From a virus: a stretch of 64,000 nucleotides of DNA. Under the pieces are notes generated by a model. That model did no database searches. It saw nothing but the letters and a program-made list of their open reading frames with translations, and was not told the DNA's origin. Location of the stretch: IMG/VR virus record IMGVR_UViG_3300035703_000033, positions 45,616 through 109,615 of that record; one strand, given 5' to 3'. Below, in pieces: positions 39,361 to 49,575 of the stretch. Positions within the stretch are counted from its first letter, which is position 1, and the number at the start of each line of letters is the position of its first letter. The position numbers and the translations under genes were made by a program.

Positions 39361-42300
39361 GTGGATTTTGTACACCTTCATGTGCATTCTTATTATTCAT
39401 TAATGGATGGGCTTAACTCTCCTGCCGAACTTGTCCTAGCAGCAAAAGATGCTGGGCAAACAGCAATTGCAATAACTGATCACGGCACACTAGCATCACA
39501 TAGAGATTTTCAAATTGCATGTAAGGAAAACAATATAAAGCCAATTCTTGGTGTTGAGGCATATATTTCTCCAACAGATAGATTTGACAGGTCATCTAAA
39601 ACAGATAAATCAATTCAGGCCTACAACCACATTATCCTACTAGCAAAAAATAAAAAAGGTTTAGAGAATATTAATTCCCTACAGGAACTTGCTTGGAACG
39701 AAGGCTTTTACCATAAGCCACGTATTGATAGAGAGATTTTAAAAGAATATGCGGAAGGTATTATTGTACTTAGCGGATGCCTTAATGGTCTTATTAGTAA
39801 AGCTATTGAACGCCAGGAATTCTCTGAAGCAAAGCTTATACTCAAAGACTTTAAGCAAACTTTTGGTGATGACTTTTACATTGAGGTCCAATCTCACAAT
39901 CCAAAAGAAGTAAATGAAAAACTATTAGAGCTTGCAGATGAGCTAAATATTAAGCCAGTAGCTACTGGAGATGCACATTTTGCCAGAGGCGAGGATAAAA
40001 TTCTTGAAGAAGCAATGCTTATTCTTTCTACAAATCCAAAGGTAGATAAGGAAGCAGACTTCGACATGTCTAGAAATATGAAAGATTATTTAGATAGATT
40101 TAATTATCTTTATCCAGATCGTCGTATTTCATTTCAAGATTATAATTTATTTATTCAAAGTCGCAAAGAGATAGAAGAAGATTTTGTTGCTTCTGGTTTA
40201 ATCAGAACTGATATTTATCAAAATACGTTAGAGATTGCAAGTAAAGTCGAAGAGTATGATTTTTATCAGAACCTAGACCTACTGCCAGTTCCTAAAACAA
40301 ATGCTGATAAAAAATTAAAAGACATGGCATTGGAAGGACTAAAAAGACTAGGGCTTAGTGGTAATGAGGTATATGATAATAGGCTTGAGGAAGAACTTGC
40401 AATAATTAAGGATAAGAAGTTTGCTTCGTACTTTTTGGTTGTTGCAGATATGATTAACTGGGCAAAGGGTGAAGGCATATTAGTTGGGCCAGGACGTGGT
40501 TCAGCAGCAGGATCTTTAGTTTGTTATTCATTAGGAATCACTGACGTTGATCCAATCAAATATGATCTTTTGTTCTTCCGTTTTATTAACCCAGAGCGAA
40601 ATGACTTTCCAGATATTGACACTGACTTTGAAGATCGTCGTAGAAAAGAAGTAAAGGATTACCTTAAGAAGAAGTTTAAGCACGTAGCCTCTATCTCAAC
40701 ATTTACTTATTTTAAAGATAAGGGTGTTGTTCGTGATGCATCACGTGTATTTATGGTTCCGCTAGGTGATGTTAATAAAGCCTTGAAATCAGTAGACACT
40801 TTTGAAGACTATCTTGATTCTCCTAATACAAAAGAGTTTAGGACAAAGTATCCAGAGGTAACTTGGTTAGCTGAAAAGCTTAGAGGCAAAATTAGATCTG
40901 TAGGAGTCCACGCTGCTGGAGTTGTTGTGGCTAAAGATGATATTAGAAAATATGCACCAGTAGAGTCTCGTGAGGACGCACAGGATAAGGTATCAGGCAG
41001 AATACCAGTAGTTGCGTATGACATGGATACTGTTGCAGATATTGGTTTGATTAAGTTAGATGCACTTGGTTTAAAAACACTTTCTGTTATTTCAGATACA
41101 CTAAAATCCATTAAAGATAGACACAATAAGGATATTATTCTATCTGATTTGCCTTTAGATAATCAGGATGTTTATCGTACATTAAGCGAAGGATATACAA
41201 AAGGTGTATTCCAGGCTGAAGCAACCCCATATACAAACCTATTAATTAAAATGGGTGTCAACACATTTGAAGATCTTGCTGCATCAAACGCACTCGTAAG
41301 ACCTGGAGCAATGGACACCGTAGGTGCTGAGTATATTGAAAGAAAGCATGGACAAAAAGCTGTGCAATATATTCATCCATTAATGAAGCCTTTTACAGAA
41401 AACACTTATGGTGTTATTATTTATCAGGAACAGGTTATGCAAGCATGTGTGCATTTAGGCGGCATGTCTTGGTCAGAGGCTGATAAGGTTAGAAAGATTA
41501 TTGGAAAGAAGAAAGATGCAAAAGAATTTGATCAGTTCAAGGATAAGTTTATTGATGGCGCTTCAAAGCACATTTCTAAAAAAGAAGCGGAGGACCTTTG
41601 GAAGACTTTTGAGGCACATGCTAACTATTCTTTCAATCGCTCTCATGCCGTTGCTTATTCTATGCTTTCTTATTATACTGCTTGGCTTAAATATCATTAT
41701 CCTACTGAATTCATGTTTGCAATTCTTAAAAATGAAAATGATAAAAATGCTAAAACTGAATATTTAATCGAGGCAAAAAGACTTGGTATTAAAATTATGC
41801 TACCACATATTAATGAGTCTGATGTGTATTTTTCATTAAAGAAAGATGGAGTCATATTTGGTTTAGCAGAAGTAAAGTTTATTTCTGATGGAATTGCCAA
41901 TAAAATTATAGAGAATAGGCCATTTAAAAATTATGCAGACTTTATTGAAAAGGCGTCTAAAAAGGGTAGCGGCATTAACAGCAGGGCTGTTGCTGCTCTC
42001 AACGCCATTGGTGGCGCTGCTTTTGATGATAATCCACGCACTGGATCTGAAAAAGAAAACTACTACGAATACCTAGGTATACCATCATTTAACTTAGACT
42101 CTATACCACCAAGAATTAAAGCGCAGGCAAGACCTATTGATCAGTTTGATGAGCTTGGATCATTTGTAATGTTTGGCATGGTCAAGAATATTAAACGTGG
42201 TAATGGTTGGGCTAGAGTAGAATTGGTAGATGAAAGCGGTTCAATAGGACTATTTCATCATGAGCAGACTCAAATTGAAACTAACCAGATGTATTTTATA

Positions 42301-42630
42301 TTAGTTGGAGATAATAGAATATCTAGGTATGTTAAGGTTTCTGATATTAAGCCAGATTCTGAAGATTTGTTTGTTCAATACCTATATAGAAAAGAATATG
42401 ACTTACAGGAAGATGAGATGTATGTTGTTAATTTTAATCCATATAAAACTAAACAAGGCAAAACAATGTCACATATAGTGATGTGTGATAAAAATAAAAA
42501 TTTGACCAGAGCTATTGCGTTCCCATCTATGTATAAAATAACTCTGGCAAAAATGCGAGAGGGCATGGTATGTAAGCCTGTACTCTCTACGCTAGACGAC
42601 GGAACGCTAATGATAAAGGAGATAAAATGA
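39361..42630 (+). CDS. dnaE: DNA polymerase III alpha subunit
   Basis: PHP domain HLHVHSYYSLMDG/ITDHG, GRGSAAGS, PDIDTDF, FNRSHA. Confidence 0.96.
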   Translation: MDFVHLHVHSYYSLMDGLNSPAELVLAAKDAGQTAIAITDHGTLASHRDFQIACKENNIKPILGVEAYISPTDRFDRSSKTDKSIQAYNHIILLAKNKKGLENINSLQELAWNEGFYHKPRIDREILKEYAEGIIVLSGCLNGLISKAIERQEFSEAKLILKDFKQTFGDDFYIEVQSHNPKEVNEKLLELADELNIKPVATGDAHFARGEDKILEEAMLILSTNPKVDKEADFDMSRNMKDYLDRFNYLYPDRRISFQDYNLFIQSRKEIEEDFVASGLIRTDIYQNTLEIASKVEEYDFYQNLDLLPVPKTNADKKLKDMALEGLKRLGLSGNEVYDNRLEEELAIIKDKKFASYFLVVADMINWAKGEGILVGPGRGSAAGSLVCYSLGITDVDPIKYDLLFFRFINPERNDFPDIDTDFEDRRRKEVKDYLKKKFKHVASISTFTYFKDKGVVRDASRVFMVPLGDVNKALKSVDTFEDYLDSPNTKEFRTKYPEVTWLAEKLRGKIRSVGVHAAGVVVAKDDIRKYAPVESREDAQDKVSGRIPVVAYDMDTVADIGLIKLDALGLKTLSVISDTLKSIKDRHNKDIILSDLPLDNQDVYRTLSEGYTKGVFQAEATPYTNLLIKMGVNTFEDLAASNALVRPGAMDTVGAEYIERKHGQKAVQYIHPLMKPFTENTYGVIIYQEQVMQACVHLGGMSWSEADKVRKIIGKKKDAKEFDQFKDKFIDGASKHISKKEAEDLWKTFEAHANYSFNRSHAVAYSMLSYYTAWLKYHYPTEFMFAILKNENDKNAKTEYLIEAKRLGIKIMLPHINESDVYFSLKKDGVIFGLAEVKFISDGIANKIIENRPFKNYADFIEKASKKGSGINSRAVAALNAIGGAAFDDNPRTGSEKENYYEYLGIPSFNLDSIPPRIKAQARPIDQFDELGSFVMFGMVKNIKRGNGWARVELVDESGSIGLFHHEQTQIETNQMYFILVGDNRISRYVKVSDIKPDSEDLFVQYLYRKEYDLQEDEMYVVNFNPYKTKQGKTMSHIVMCDKNKNLTRAIAFPSMYKITLAKMREGMVCKPVLSTLDDGTLMIKEIK

Positions 42631-42821
42631 ACGAAGAAAAGTTAAATGAGGTTATGCAAACAATGAGCGCCTCAAGAATTTTAGTTGCAATATTAGAGCA
42701 TTTAGGGTCTGTTATTATTCCTACAGAAAAATTTATGTCTGCCAATGAGGTTGATCGTAATTTATCAGTATCTTATAATGATGATACTTTGTCTTTTGAA
42801 TTTAGCTTGAAAGAGGATTAA
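42627..42821 (+). CDS. hypothetical protein
   Basis: AAGGAG RBS, ATGA overlap. Confidence 0.65.
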   Translation: MNEEKLNEVMQTMSASRILVAILEHLGSVIIPTEKFMSANEVDRNLSVSYNDDTLSFEFSLKED

Positions 42822-42822
42822 T

Positions 42823-43164
42823 TTGAATAATATATTGAATGACTATGGGGTAGATGCCCTAGCTGCAGTTCTTCATGAGACTGCAGTAGAAAAAGGGTTT
42901 TGGGATGGAGAAATAACACATGATAAAGTGGGCAATAAACTTGCTCTTGTACATTCAGAAGTTACTGAAGTTCTTGAAGCTATCCGCAAAAATAAAGGGT
43001 CTAAAGAAATTGTAGAGGAAATGTCAGATATTATTATTCGCTTATTAGATCTTTATGCTGCAATGCGTAATTCAGATATGATTACGGATAGCCTTGAGGA
43101 AGCACTAGAAAATAAAATTAATAAAAATAAAGAGCGTCCAAGACTTCACGGCAACCTGTTTTAA
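42823..43164 (+). CDS. MazG-like NTP pyrophosphohydrolase
   Basis: LVHSEVTEVLEAIRK..EEMSDIIIR. Confidence 0.8.
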   Translation: MNNILNDYGVDALAAVLHETAVEKGFWDGEITHDKVGNKLALVHSEVTEVLEAIRKNKGSKEIVEEMSDIIIRLLDLYAAMRNSDMITDSLEEALENKINKNKERPRLHGNLF

Positions 43165-43193
43165 TGCTATACTATAGATAAAGAAAGAAGAAC

Positions 43194-44198
43194 ATGACAA
43201 TTGTATTAGACGAAATACTAGCAAAGCTAGATCCAAAAACTAGAGCAAGAGTTCAATCAGCACAAGATGTAAAGGTTGAAAAACAATTAACTCCAAGCAT
43301 AGGTCTTAATATGGCTTTGCGTGGCGGGCTTGGCTATGGAAGGCAGGTGCTGGTTTGGGGCAATAAGTCTGCTGGAAAATCATCATTTTGTTTACAGATG
43401 ATTGCAAAAGCACAAAAGGAAGGAAAAACCTGTGCTTGGATAGATGCAGAAGCCTCATATGATCAAGCTTGGGCAGAGTCGCTTGGAGTAGACTCGTCTA
43501 AATTAATTTATTCACCAGCAAAAACTGTTAATGATATGGTTGATGTTGCAACTAAGCTAATGGAAGCAGATGTAGATATGATTGTTGTTGACTCTATTTC
43601 TGCTCTGCTTCCAGCAATTTATTTTGAAAAAGATGGAAACGAATTAAAGGATTTGCAAGATACTAAGCAAATCGGCGCTGAAGCAAAGGATATGACCCAC
43701 GCAGTCAAAATGTTAAATTATGCAAACAAAAACACACTACTTGTTCTCATCTCACAACAACGAAATCAATTTGGATCTATGCATGCTAGTCACATCCCCA
43801 CAGGTGGCATGGCAGTCAAGTTCTTTTCTTCCACAGTCATCAAGCTCTGGTCTTCTGAAGCTGAGGCTAATGCTATTAAGGCTGGGGTTAAAGTTGGCGA
43901 CAAAATCATTGAACAGAGAGTCGGAAGGCCAGTTAACTGGATTATTGATTACAACAAGCTTGGCCCCCCAAATTTATCAGGACAATATGACTTTTACTAC
44001 CAAGGGGAAACTCTTGGTGTAGATCAAGTTGGAGAGACACTAGATGTTGCAGAAATGTGCGGACTTATAGAAAAAGGCGGAGCATGGTACACCGTAAACG
44101 AAGAGCGTTTTCAGGGTAGAGCAAAAGCTGTTCAATATCTAAGAGACAACCCAGACGTTGTAGAAAAATTACAATCGGAGATTTATGCCAAATATTAA
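43194..44198 (+). CDS. recA: RecA-like recombinase
   Basis: GNKSAGKS, WIDAE, IVVDSISAL, TGGMAVKF, KGGAWY. Confidence 0.92.
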   Translation: MTIVLDEILAKLDPKTRARVQSAQDVKVEKQLTPSIGLNMALRGGLGYGRQVLVWGNKSAGKSSFCLQMIAKAQKEGKTCAWIDAEASYDQAWAESLGVDSSKLIYSPAKTVNDMVDVATKLMEADVDMIVVDSISALLPAIYFEKDGNELKDLQDTKQIGAEAKDMTHAVKMLNYANKNTLLVLISQQRNQFGSMHASHIPTGGMAVKFFSSTVIKLWSSEAEANAIKAGVKVGDKIIEQRVGRPVNWIIDYNKLGPPNLSGQYDFYYQGETLGVDQVGETLDVAEMCGLIEKGGAWYTVNEERFQGRAKAVQYLRDNPDVVEKLQSEIYAKY

Positions 44199-44379
44199 TG
44201 AGTTTATTGGCCCAAAGCCAACAGTAGATTCTATGTCTAATTTAGAAAAATTAATTGGTCAAAAACCTTGTTCTAAATGTGATCTTGATGTCACAGAATA
44301 CTATTGGGATCCAGCCAACTTTATAATGACATGGACATGCAACGCTGGACATTTAAATACAGTAAAGGTCAATGTATGA
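44185..44379 (+). CDS. small Zn-binding hypothetical protein
   Basis: CSKC..CNAGH. Confidence 0.65.
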   Translation: MPNINEFIGPKPTVDSMSNLEKLIGQKPCSKCDLDVTEYYWDPANFIMTWTCNAGHLNTVKVNV

Positions 44380-45164
44380 TATTTGATTACGAAAAAGTTG
44401 TTGTTGCTCCACAAATAGTAATATATAAAAATATATTTAAGCACAGCGCTGAGCTAATCAATTTATTAAATTCTGATAGGGATTCTATAATTTCCCCATG
44501 GTCTTCTTGGTATGAAAACGGATATAGATGTGGCACTTTATTTAAAGATATGGATATTTTAGAGTCAGATCCAGAATCAATAAAAGAAGAAAAAAGATAC
44601 CTAAAAGAATTCTATGATATCTTAGAGTTTATTAAAAAAGATTATTTATTAGAATTTAATAAAGATAATGGCATATGGCCAGACTTTATTTCTGATTGGG
44701 ATCAACTTCTAAATAATAACATAGATTATTATATTGATTTTTTTAGATATGATATTAACAAAATTGATTTATCTGAAAATAAATTATTGATGGAGTATCA
44801 TGTTGATGAAGATGAGTACCTGGCAGAAGGTGAGATTAAGTCTCTTAAAAATGTTGCAACAATAAATATTTATTTAAATAATGAGTATCATGGTGGTGAA
44901 ATTTGCGCCTATGATTCGTTTACAAATAAAAGCTATAGTTACAAAGCTAACCCAGGTGATGCCGTAATTATGCCATCCTGTTCACCATTTTACCATGCTG
45001 TCAAAAAATTTAGTGGAAGCGATAGATATTTTATGAGATCATTTTTTAAATATATTTCAACGTCAACAAGCACAAAATCTGAAATAGAAAAGCAAAAAGA
45101 TGAATATTTAAAAAATAATTTACAAATGCGTAAAGTGGATATAGATGAGATTGAGGTATTTTGA
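44376..45164 (+). CDS. 2OG-Fe(II) oxygenase
   Basis: MEYHVD, TINIYLNNEYHGGEI, PGDAVIMPS..FYHAV, DRYFMR; ATGA-overlap start. Confidence 0.85.
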   Translation: MIFDYEKVVVAPQIVIYKNIFKHSAELINLLNSDRDSIISPWSSWYENGYRCGTLFKDMDILESDPESIKEEKRYLKEFYDILEFIKKDYLLEFNKDNGIWPDFISDWDQLLNNNIDYYIDFFRYDINKIDLSENKLLMEYHVDEDEYLAEGEIKSLKNVATINIYLNNEYHGGEICAYDSFTNKSYSYKANPGDAVIMPSCSPFYHAVKKFSGSDRYFMRSFFKYISTSTSTKSEIEKQKDEYLKNNLQMRKVDIDEIEVF

Positions 45165-45166
45165 TA

Positions 45167-45463
45167 ATGTCTGAAAAGAGTGAAGCAATAAGAGATGGCG
45201 CAAGGCAACAAAAAAATTCTGGACGTGGCAAGTACCAAAAGGGTGATGCTATATGGCATAACTTTGTTGTTGACTACAAAGAATCAAATTCATCATTCAC
45301 ATTAAATAAAGATGTTTGGTCTAAAATATGCACAGACACATTTAAGGTTAGTAGAGATATGCATCCAGCGTTAAAACTAATCATTGGGGAAAATTCAAAA
45401 ATAAGGCTTGCTGTTATAGAGTGGTCAATTTTAGAAGATTTATTAGGAGAAAAAAATGTATAA
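45167..45463 (+). CDS. PD-(D/E)XK Holliday-junction resolvase-like protein
   Basis: NSGRGKYQKGD..VVDYKE. Confidence 0.6.
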   Translation: MSEKSEAIRDGARQQKNSGRGKYQKGDAIWHNFVVDYKESNSSFTLNKDVWSKICTDTFKVSRDMHPALKLIIGENSKIRLAVIEWSILEDLLGEKNV

Positions 45464-46148
45464 TATTACAGCATATATTGATGATCCAGTACGTGGGCAT
45501 GCAAAGATTAGACAGCTTAGCCCAAAGCGAGAGTGGATGAATTCTGGTCATTATAATTGCTATCCACTAAATGTAGCAAATAGTGTAGGCTACGGTGTAT
45601 ATTTTGATGAAGATATATCTTTTATATGGGATGGTGTTGCAGAAAATCCACCTAAAGGAATACTTGGATCTAAGTATATATGGGAGGGAAGAAGTAATGG
45701 AGCAGCAAGTTTAGCTACAGGGCTTGTTTTTAAAAGTGATCCAGACGTAAGTCTTATGACTATGCCAATTCCTAATTATTTTAGAAAAGAATTTAATGTC
45801 GTAAGCACTGTTTTATCTACTTCATTTTTTACTGGAGAACTGTCAATAGCATTGCAGATACAGGAAGACTACATAAATAAAGAAATTGTTTTGCCAGCAA
45901 ATACTGACATAGCTTGTATAATTCCAATATCTATTTCTCAATTTAATGAGTCTACTATAAATATTGCAAATCAAAGATACCCATTTGATAGAATTCATGA
46001 TAGAAAAGAATATGTTGATGCGTTACATAAGCACTTCAGAGAAACTGGCAAAAGATTAAGACTTTATAAAAATGGTAAAGATGAAAAGAATAATAAAATA
46101 GGAGATCATGAATTGTCTTCCTTAAAAATGAATGTAAAAGAGGTATAA
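45456..46148 (+). CDS. DUF6065-like protein
   Basis: KREWM..YNCYPLNVANSVGY..DISFIWDG. Confidence 0.55.
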   Translation: MYNITAYIDDPVRGHAKIRQLSPKREWMNSGHYNCYPLNVANSVGYGVYFDEDISFIWDGVAENPPKGILGSKYIWEGRSNGAASLATGLVFKSDPDVSLMTMPIPNYFRKEFNVVSTVLSTSFFTGELSIALQIQEDYINKEIVLPANTDIACIIPISISQFNESTINIANQRYPFDRIHDRKEYVDALHKHFRETGKRLRLYKNGKDEKNNKIGDHELSSLKMNVKEV

Positions 46149-46151
46149 ATA

Positions 46152-46307
46152 ATGCGTGAAGTTTTTCTTACAACATTAACTGGTGCAGGTGTCGGTGCAA
46201 TTTTTGCACTGTTTAAGCTTCCAGTTCCAGCTCCTCCAGTATTTGCAGGAGTTATGGGTATTGTTGGTTTATGGATCGGATATGGATTGATTGGAAAACT
46301 AGTATAA
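46152..46307 (+). CDS. XapX-domain (DUF1427) small membrane protein (absent from ORF track)
   Basis: MREVFLTTLTGAGVGAIFALFKLPVPAPPVFAGVMGIVGLWIGY; GAGGT RBS. Confidence 0.75.
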   Translation: MREVFLTTLTGAGVGAIFALFKLPVPAPPVFAGVMGIVGLWIGYGLIGKLV

Positions 46308-46405
46308 TGCTACAATTCCTATCAGGCGTTTTACTTGGCTTTATTATTGGATACCCGCTAGGCCTTTGGGCTATTGATTACACTAGGAAGCATAATGAGC
46401 GATAA
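46307..46405 (+). CDS. 32-aa single-TM micro-protein
   Basis: TAATG overlap; MLQFLSGVLLGFIIGYPLGLWAIDYTRKHNER. Confidence 0.5.
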   Translation: MLQFLSGVLLGFIIGYPLGLWAIDYTRKHNER

Positions 46406-46730
46406 GAGCAGTTTAGAATTAATTAGTGACATTACAGAGTTTAATGATCTTCATGAATTCATGAAAGACGATCAGCTAGACAGAGCATTGGCTATTGTTG
46501 TAAAGTTGATGATGAATCCAGATGTGCCAGCAGCAAAGGCACCACAGCTTATTATTGAGCTTCAAGCAATGTCTACAAAGTTTTCTATGCTTGCAGCAGT
46601 CTACTCTACAATAGCAAAAGATAAAGCAGGAACGGTAAATAATAATAAAAAGAATGTATATTATTCAGCAAAGGAGTCAATAGATAAACTTGTAGACGCA
46701 CTCAAGTATATCGTTCGTTATAATGGGTAG
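46395..46730 (+). CDS. hypothetical protein
   Basis: helical ORF coupled to Cas4-like gene. Confidence 0.65.
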   Translation: MSDKSSLELISDITEFNDLHEFMKDDQLDRALAIVVKLMMNPDVPAAKAPQLIIELQAMSTKFSMLAAVYSTIAKDKAGTVNNNKKNVYYSAKESIDKLVDALKYIVRYNG

Positions 46731-47490
46731 AGATATTGTAAATAATTTAAAGTTTAAAAAAACTGTTGGAAACTTCGACACGGCAGTTTTTTCTAAGATG
46801 TTGGACGATGCCTATCTGTCTACAAAAAGAGCTGATGACGTAAGAACAAAAAATAGTTTTAGCCCAAGTAGTTTTGGTTACGGATATGGTAATTGTCCAA
46901 GATATTGGTACATGGCTTTTTCTGGCGCTATGTTTATAGATAATAATGACTCAATTGCAATTGCTAATATGTCTCAGGGCACACAGGCTCATGAAAGACT
47001 ACAGGACATTATTAAAAAAACTGGAACTCTTAAGTATGAAGAGTTAGAGATAACTAATGAGTATCCGCCAATTAGAGGTTTTATAGATCTAGTTTTAGAA
47101 TGGAATAACCAAGAGGTAATTGGAGAAATAAAGACTGCTAAGCAGGAAGTTTGGGATACAAAGCAGGCCGAAATGGAGCCTTCAGCAAACCATTTGCTTC
47201 AACTTTTAACTTATATGAAATTAAGAAAAGCTTCTGAAGGGTTTTTGATGTATGAAAATAAAAATACCCAAGAACTTTTACTTATACCTGTTAATATGAA
47301 TGAAAAAAACAAAGCAAAGATAGACGGTTTATTTATATGGCTACAAGAGGTATATGACAACTATAGGGATGGTGGTCTTCCATTAAGACCATTTAAAAAA
47401 ACATCATCAGCCTGTAAGTATTGTCCAATAAAAAAAGACTGCTGGAGTGCTGAAATTGGAGAGGTTCAAATTGAACCTTATGAGGTTTAA
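46723..47490 (+). CDS. Cas4-like PD-(D/E)XK exonuclease
   Basis: CPRYWY, GTQAHE, RGFIDL..GEIKT, QLLTY, CKYCPIKKDC. Confidence 0.85.
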   Translation: MGRDIVNNLKFKKTVGNFDTAVFSKMLDDAYLSTKRADDVRTKNSFSPSSFGYGYGNCPRYWYMAFSGAMFIDNNDSIAIANMSQGTQAHERLQDIIKKTGTLKYEELEITNEYPPIRGFIDLVLEWNNQEVIGEIKTAKQEVWDTKQAEMEPSANHLLQLLTYMKLRKASEGFLMYENKNTQELLLIPVNMNEKNKAKIDGLFIWLQEVYDNYRDGGLPLRPFKKTSSACKYCPIKKDCWSAEIGEVQIEPYEV

Positions 47491-47492
47491 TA

Positions 47493-47777
47493 GTGATTTG
47501 TTTTAACTCTGATTGTGCAAAAGAATTTAATGCAAAAACACATAATCAAAAGTATTGCTCAGACGACTGTTGCAGAATTGCAACTAATAAAAAGATTATG
47601 GAAAAATATTATGAAAAAAAGGCTATTAAAAATGGTGCAAAAAGATTATGCAAACAATGTAAGGCTAGTCTAAGTAGATATAATACAGAGATGATTTGTT
47701 CTTTATGCCTAAAGAGCAGTAATGCAAAACATAATAAAAAAATTATGGAGGCCCTAAATGACCCTAGCATCTCTTAA
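47493..47777 (+). CDS. Cys-rich zinc-finger protein
   Basis: C..C..KYCSDDC, CKQC, CSLC. Confidence 0.65.
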   Translation: MICFNSDCAKEFNAKTHNQKYCSDDCCRIATNKKIMEKYYEKKAIKNGAKRLCKQCKASLSRYNTEMICSLCLKSSNAKHNKKIMEALNDPSIS

Positions 47778-48324
47778 AAAGGTTAATGCGTCTAAAGTCT
47801 TAGGAATAGATGCATCTACAAATTCTTTTGCATTTTCTTTAATTGAAAATAATAAACCAACAAAGTGGGGCAAGGTTGAATTTTCTGGCGCTGATATTTA
47901 TGAGAAAATATATGATGCAAAAATTAAAACAAAGGCTATGCTAAAAGAATTATCTTGCGATTATATTGCAATTGAGGGTGCAGTGCTTGTCAGATCACCA
48001 GATGCTGTGATAAAATTGTCATATGTTTATGGAGTTGTTATTTCAGAGCTTATGTCTACTGGCGCCAGTGTTATCGCTATTTCTCCTACTGCTTGGCAGG
48101 CATTTATTGGCAATAAAAATCCGACAAAAGATGAAAAATCTGCTTTAAAAGCTGCATACCCAGGTTACGCAGAATCTTGGTATAAAAATAAAATGAGAAA
48201 TATAAGAAAGCAAAGAACAGCTGATTATTTTAACAATAAGTACGGCTTAAAGATAGAAGATTTCGATGTGGCTGACTCGATGGGTATAGCCTATTATGCT
48301 AATGAGGTATTAACAAAAAGATGA
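47758..48324 (+). CDS. RuvC-like Holliday junction resolvase
   Basis: VLGIDASTNS, IAIEG, DVADSMGIA. Confidence 0.8.
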   Translation: MTLASLKKVNASKVLGIDASTNSFAFSLIENNKPTKWGKVEFSGADIYEKIYDAKIKTKAMLKELSCDYIAIEGAVLVRSPDAVIKLSYVYGVVISELMSTGASVIAISPTAWQAFIGNKNPTKDEKSALKAAYPGYAESWYKNKMRNIRKQRTADYFNNKYGLKIEDFDVADSMGIAYYANEVLTKR

Positions 48325-49079
48325 TTATTCAAATTATAGGACTTCCTGGGTCTGGCAAAACAGAGCTAGCAAAGGCTTTAAAGGAACGCATAAATGCAAT
48401 TCATCTTAATGCAGATGAGGTACGCTCTACAGTTAATTCAGATCTTGGTTTTACAAAGGAAGACAGAATAGAGCAGGCCAGACGTATGGGAGAAATGGCT
48501 AGGCTTATATCAAAGCAAGGTGTTGCCCCAGTAATTGTAGATTTTGTGTGCCCAACAAAAGAAACAAGAGAGGCTTTTGGATTCGCTAACTTAGTTATTT
48601 GGGTGGATAGAATTAAAGAAGGTAGATTTGAAGATACTAATAAGATGTGGGAAGATCCAGATCATTTTGATATTAGAATTCTAGATGGCTACACAGTAAA
48701 GCAAGAGGTAGACACAGTAATACAGGCTGGAGGTCTATTCGACTGGTCCTCTCCAACAACATTGCAGTTGGGAAGATATCAGCCATGGCATGAAGGTCAT
48801 CAGGCATTAAAGGACGAGGCTCATAAAAGAACTGATCAGGTTTTAGTTGGAGTTAGAAATACATACGGTACTTCAGAAAAAGATCCAATGACTTATTCAG
48901 AAGTAAGACACTATATTGAAAAGGATAATTTTTATAAAAATACCATTATATTAAGATTGCCTAATATTACAAACATTGTTTACGGTAGAGATGTTGGCTA
49001 TAAGATTGAGCAAGTAGATTTGGGGGCTGAAATTCATGCTATTAGTGCTACTCAAAAGCGTAAAGAAATGGGTATATAG
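48321..49079 (+). CDS. cysC: adenylylsulfate kinase-like domain fused to HxGH nucleotidyltransferase domain
   Basis: GLPGSGKT, LNADEVR..DLGFTKEDRIEQARR, DFVCP; C-terminal GRYQPWHEGH. Confidence 0.75.
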   Translation: MIIQIIGLPGSGKTELAKALKERINAIHLNADEVRSTVNSDLGFTKEDRIEQARRMGEMARLISKQGVAPVIVDFVCPTKETREAFGFANLVIWVDRIKEGRFEDTNKMWEDPDHFDIRILDGYTVKQEVDTVIQAGGLFDWSSPTTLQLGRYQPWHEGHQALKDEAHKRTDQVLVGVRNTYGTSEKDPMTYSEVRHYIEKDNFYKNTIILRLPNITNIVYGRDVGYKIEQVDLGAEIHAISATQKRKEMGI

Positions 49080-49150
49080 TTTTATTTTTGACAACAAGAT
49101 TGCAGATGCAGAAGCAAGACTATATTCTGAATGGTTTAAGGAAGATAAAA

Positions 49151-49357
49151 GTGACAAAGGTATCTAAGAAAAGATCATTTGCTAAGTCTTTAACATGGAG
49201 AGTTATTGCATTAATAACAACTTTTATTACATTGTATGCTTTAAGTAAAGATATTAATATGGCTACAATGGCAACAGTTATAACTAATTTAGTTAATTTT
49301 GTTTGCTACTACTACCATGAAAGAGTATGGAATTCGGTATCTTGGGGTAAAGAATGA
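49151..49357 (+). CDS. DUF2061 membrane protein
   Basis: RSFAKSLTWR..YYYHERVW. Confidence 0.8.
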   Translation: MTKVSKKRSFAKSLTWRVIALITTFITLYALSKDINMATMATVITNLVNFVCYYYHERVWNSVSWGKE

Positions 49358-49575
49358 AAGTAACAAAAGCAAGATCATTTGCTAAGGCATTAAGTTATCG
49401 AATATGGGGAACACTGTCTTCTTTCATTGTTGCATATATATTAACAGGTAATGCAACATTATCAGGGGCTATTGCATTTTGGGAAACTGTAGTTAAAGTA
49501 TTTATATATTATGCACATGAACGTGGATGGAACTATATAAAGTGGGGTAGAATAAATGAAACTATATCAAAGTAA
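49354..49575 (+). CDS. DUF2061 membrane protein (tandem paralog)
   Basis: RSFAKALSYR..YYAHERGW. Confidence 0.8.
   Translation: MKVTKARSFAKALSYRIWGTLSSFIVAYILTGNATLSGAIAFWETVVKVFIYYAHERGWNYIKWGRINETISK

Noticed and set aside
46723-47490. Cas4-like gene as sign of a CRISPR-Cas system
   Set aside because: No repeat-spacer array or other cas genes seen; solo Cas4-like nucleases are common in phage recombination modules.
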